Virus record (IMG/VR): IMGVR_UViG_3300037295_000360
Location: 124,001-170,013 of that record
Origin: an uncultured virus (IMG/VR IMGVR_UViG_3300037295_000360)
Lineage: Duplodnaviria > Heunggongvirae > Uroviricota > Caudoviricetes
DNA length: 46,013 nt
Direction: 5' to 3' (one strand)
Shown: positions 45,364 through 46,013 of the stretch, one piece after another
Position numbering within the stretch: the first letter of the stretch is position 1
Layout of the letters: every line of letters begins with the position of its first letter
Made by a program: the position numbers and the translations under genes
The notes under the pieces: generated by a model
Told to the model about the DNA's origin: nothing
What the model saw: the letters and a program-made list of their open reading frames with translations, nothing else
The model's database searches: none

Positions 45364-46013
45364 ATGAAAAAACATCAAACTTTCGATAATTGGTATACTA
45401 AATCAATTAATGAAAATGAGGTTGTTATTGAAAATCCAATAACAACAACACAAACTACAAAAATAGAGACGAATATGTCATCTGATGTAGATGCAATTAT
45501 AAATTCTCTAGAAACATTAGCAAATGAATTAACTGAAGAAATAGAGTCAATAGATTTTAATTCTATTTTTGAAGAAACTAACAGTGTTGTAGATTTTGTG
45601 TTTAGGGCACCTAAGGCCAGAGCAGCACAGAAGAAGGTTAATACTCTTCTTTTAAAGGTTGCTAATTTAGATGCCGCAGCATCAGCCGCTACTGATTCTG
45701 ACATGAAGAAAAAAATAGCAAATAAAGTTACTACACTTAAATCACAGGCAGCAGCAGTTCAAACTGCAGTTACTGATAAATTTAAGTCATATTCTGAGAT
45801 CGTACAAAAGGCACTAAACTCAGAAAAAATCAAAGGAAAACTCGAGGTTATAAAAACTGCAATGGGAGATAGCAGCAATGATACAGGAGACCTTAAATCA
45901 CAAGCTTCTAAATTAGTAGTTAGATTAAAAAAAGAAGAGGCTGCAATTGCGGATTCTGCACCATCGGATGAAGACAAGCAAAAATTAAAAGACGATGCAG
46001 AAGCTAAAGCCGC
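45364..46013 (+). CDS. Ala/Lys-rich helical late protein, probable internal head protein; 3'-truncated, not in the track
   Basis: ATG 45364 (MKKHQTFDNWYTKSINE...) is open to the window end; GATATATA at 45331. Confidence 0.8.
   Translation, partial: MKKHQTFDNWYTKSINENEVVIENPITTTQTTKIETNMSSDVDAIINSLETLANELTEEIESIDFNSIFEETNSVVDFVFRAPKARAAQKKVNTLLLKVANLDAAASAATDSDMKKKIANKVTTLKSQAAAVQTAVTDKFKSYSEIVQKALNSEKIKGKLEVIKTAMGDSSNDTGDLKSQASKLVVRLKKEEAAIADSAPSDEDKQKLKDDAEAKA

Noticed and set aside
1761..45977. All minus-strand ORFs in the track
   Set aside because: They are antisense shadows of plus-strand genes or AT-rich low-complexity frames with no motifs.
1..46013. Stop-codon reassignment explaining the fragmented genes
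   Set aside because: Conserved genes end properly at TAG (gp32, nrdB) and TGA (primase), and the breaks coincide with intein ends or whole intervening genes.

Overview
AT-rich, almost entirely plus-strand segment of a large T4-like myovirus, probably a jumbo phage of a Bacteroidota host. The host call is inferred from A-rich leaders without Shine-Dalgarno and a Flavobacterium-type RNR. The core replication, recombination and late-transcription genes are RuvC-like, gp32, gp61, UvsY, UvsW, gp43, NrdAB, gp45, UvsX, gp41, gp33-like, gp47, gp46 and gp55. The head genes are gp4, gp2, gp20, a gp21-gp22 fusion and gp23. Four essential genes are fractured. uvsW, nrdA and uvsX are each split by a trans-splicing intein, and DNA polymerase is split without an intein. 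The nrdA and uvsX halves flank free-standing endonucleases, but the uvsW halves flank ordinary non-nuclease genes. The accessory region (9.3-21 kb) has four parts: (i) modular, probably capsid-packaged polyproteins, one with a module duplicated exactly between protease-site codons; (ii) a probably packaged ligase-like plus HxGH nucleotidyltransferase pair; (iii) a TROVE/VWA (Ro60-like) gene followed by two end-paired candidate ncRNAs sharing a stem-ACAGCAA motif; (iv) a DNA-modification trio. Two promoter classes are readable, TGAAAC-N17-TATAAT and GATATATA. All product calls come from motif recognition; no database search was run.
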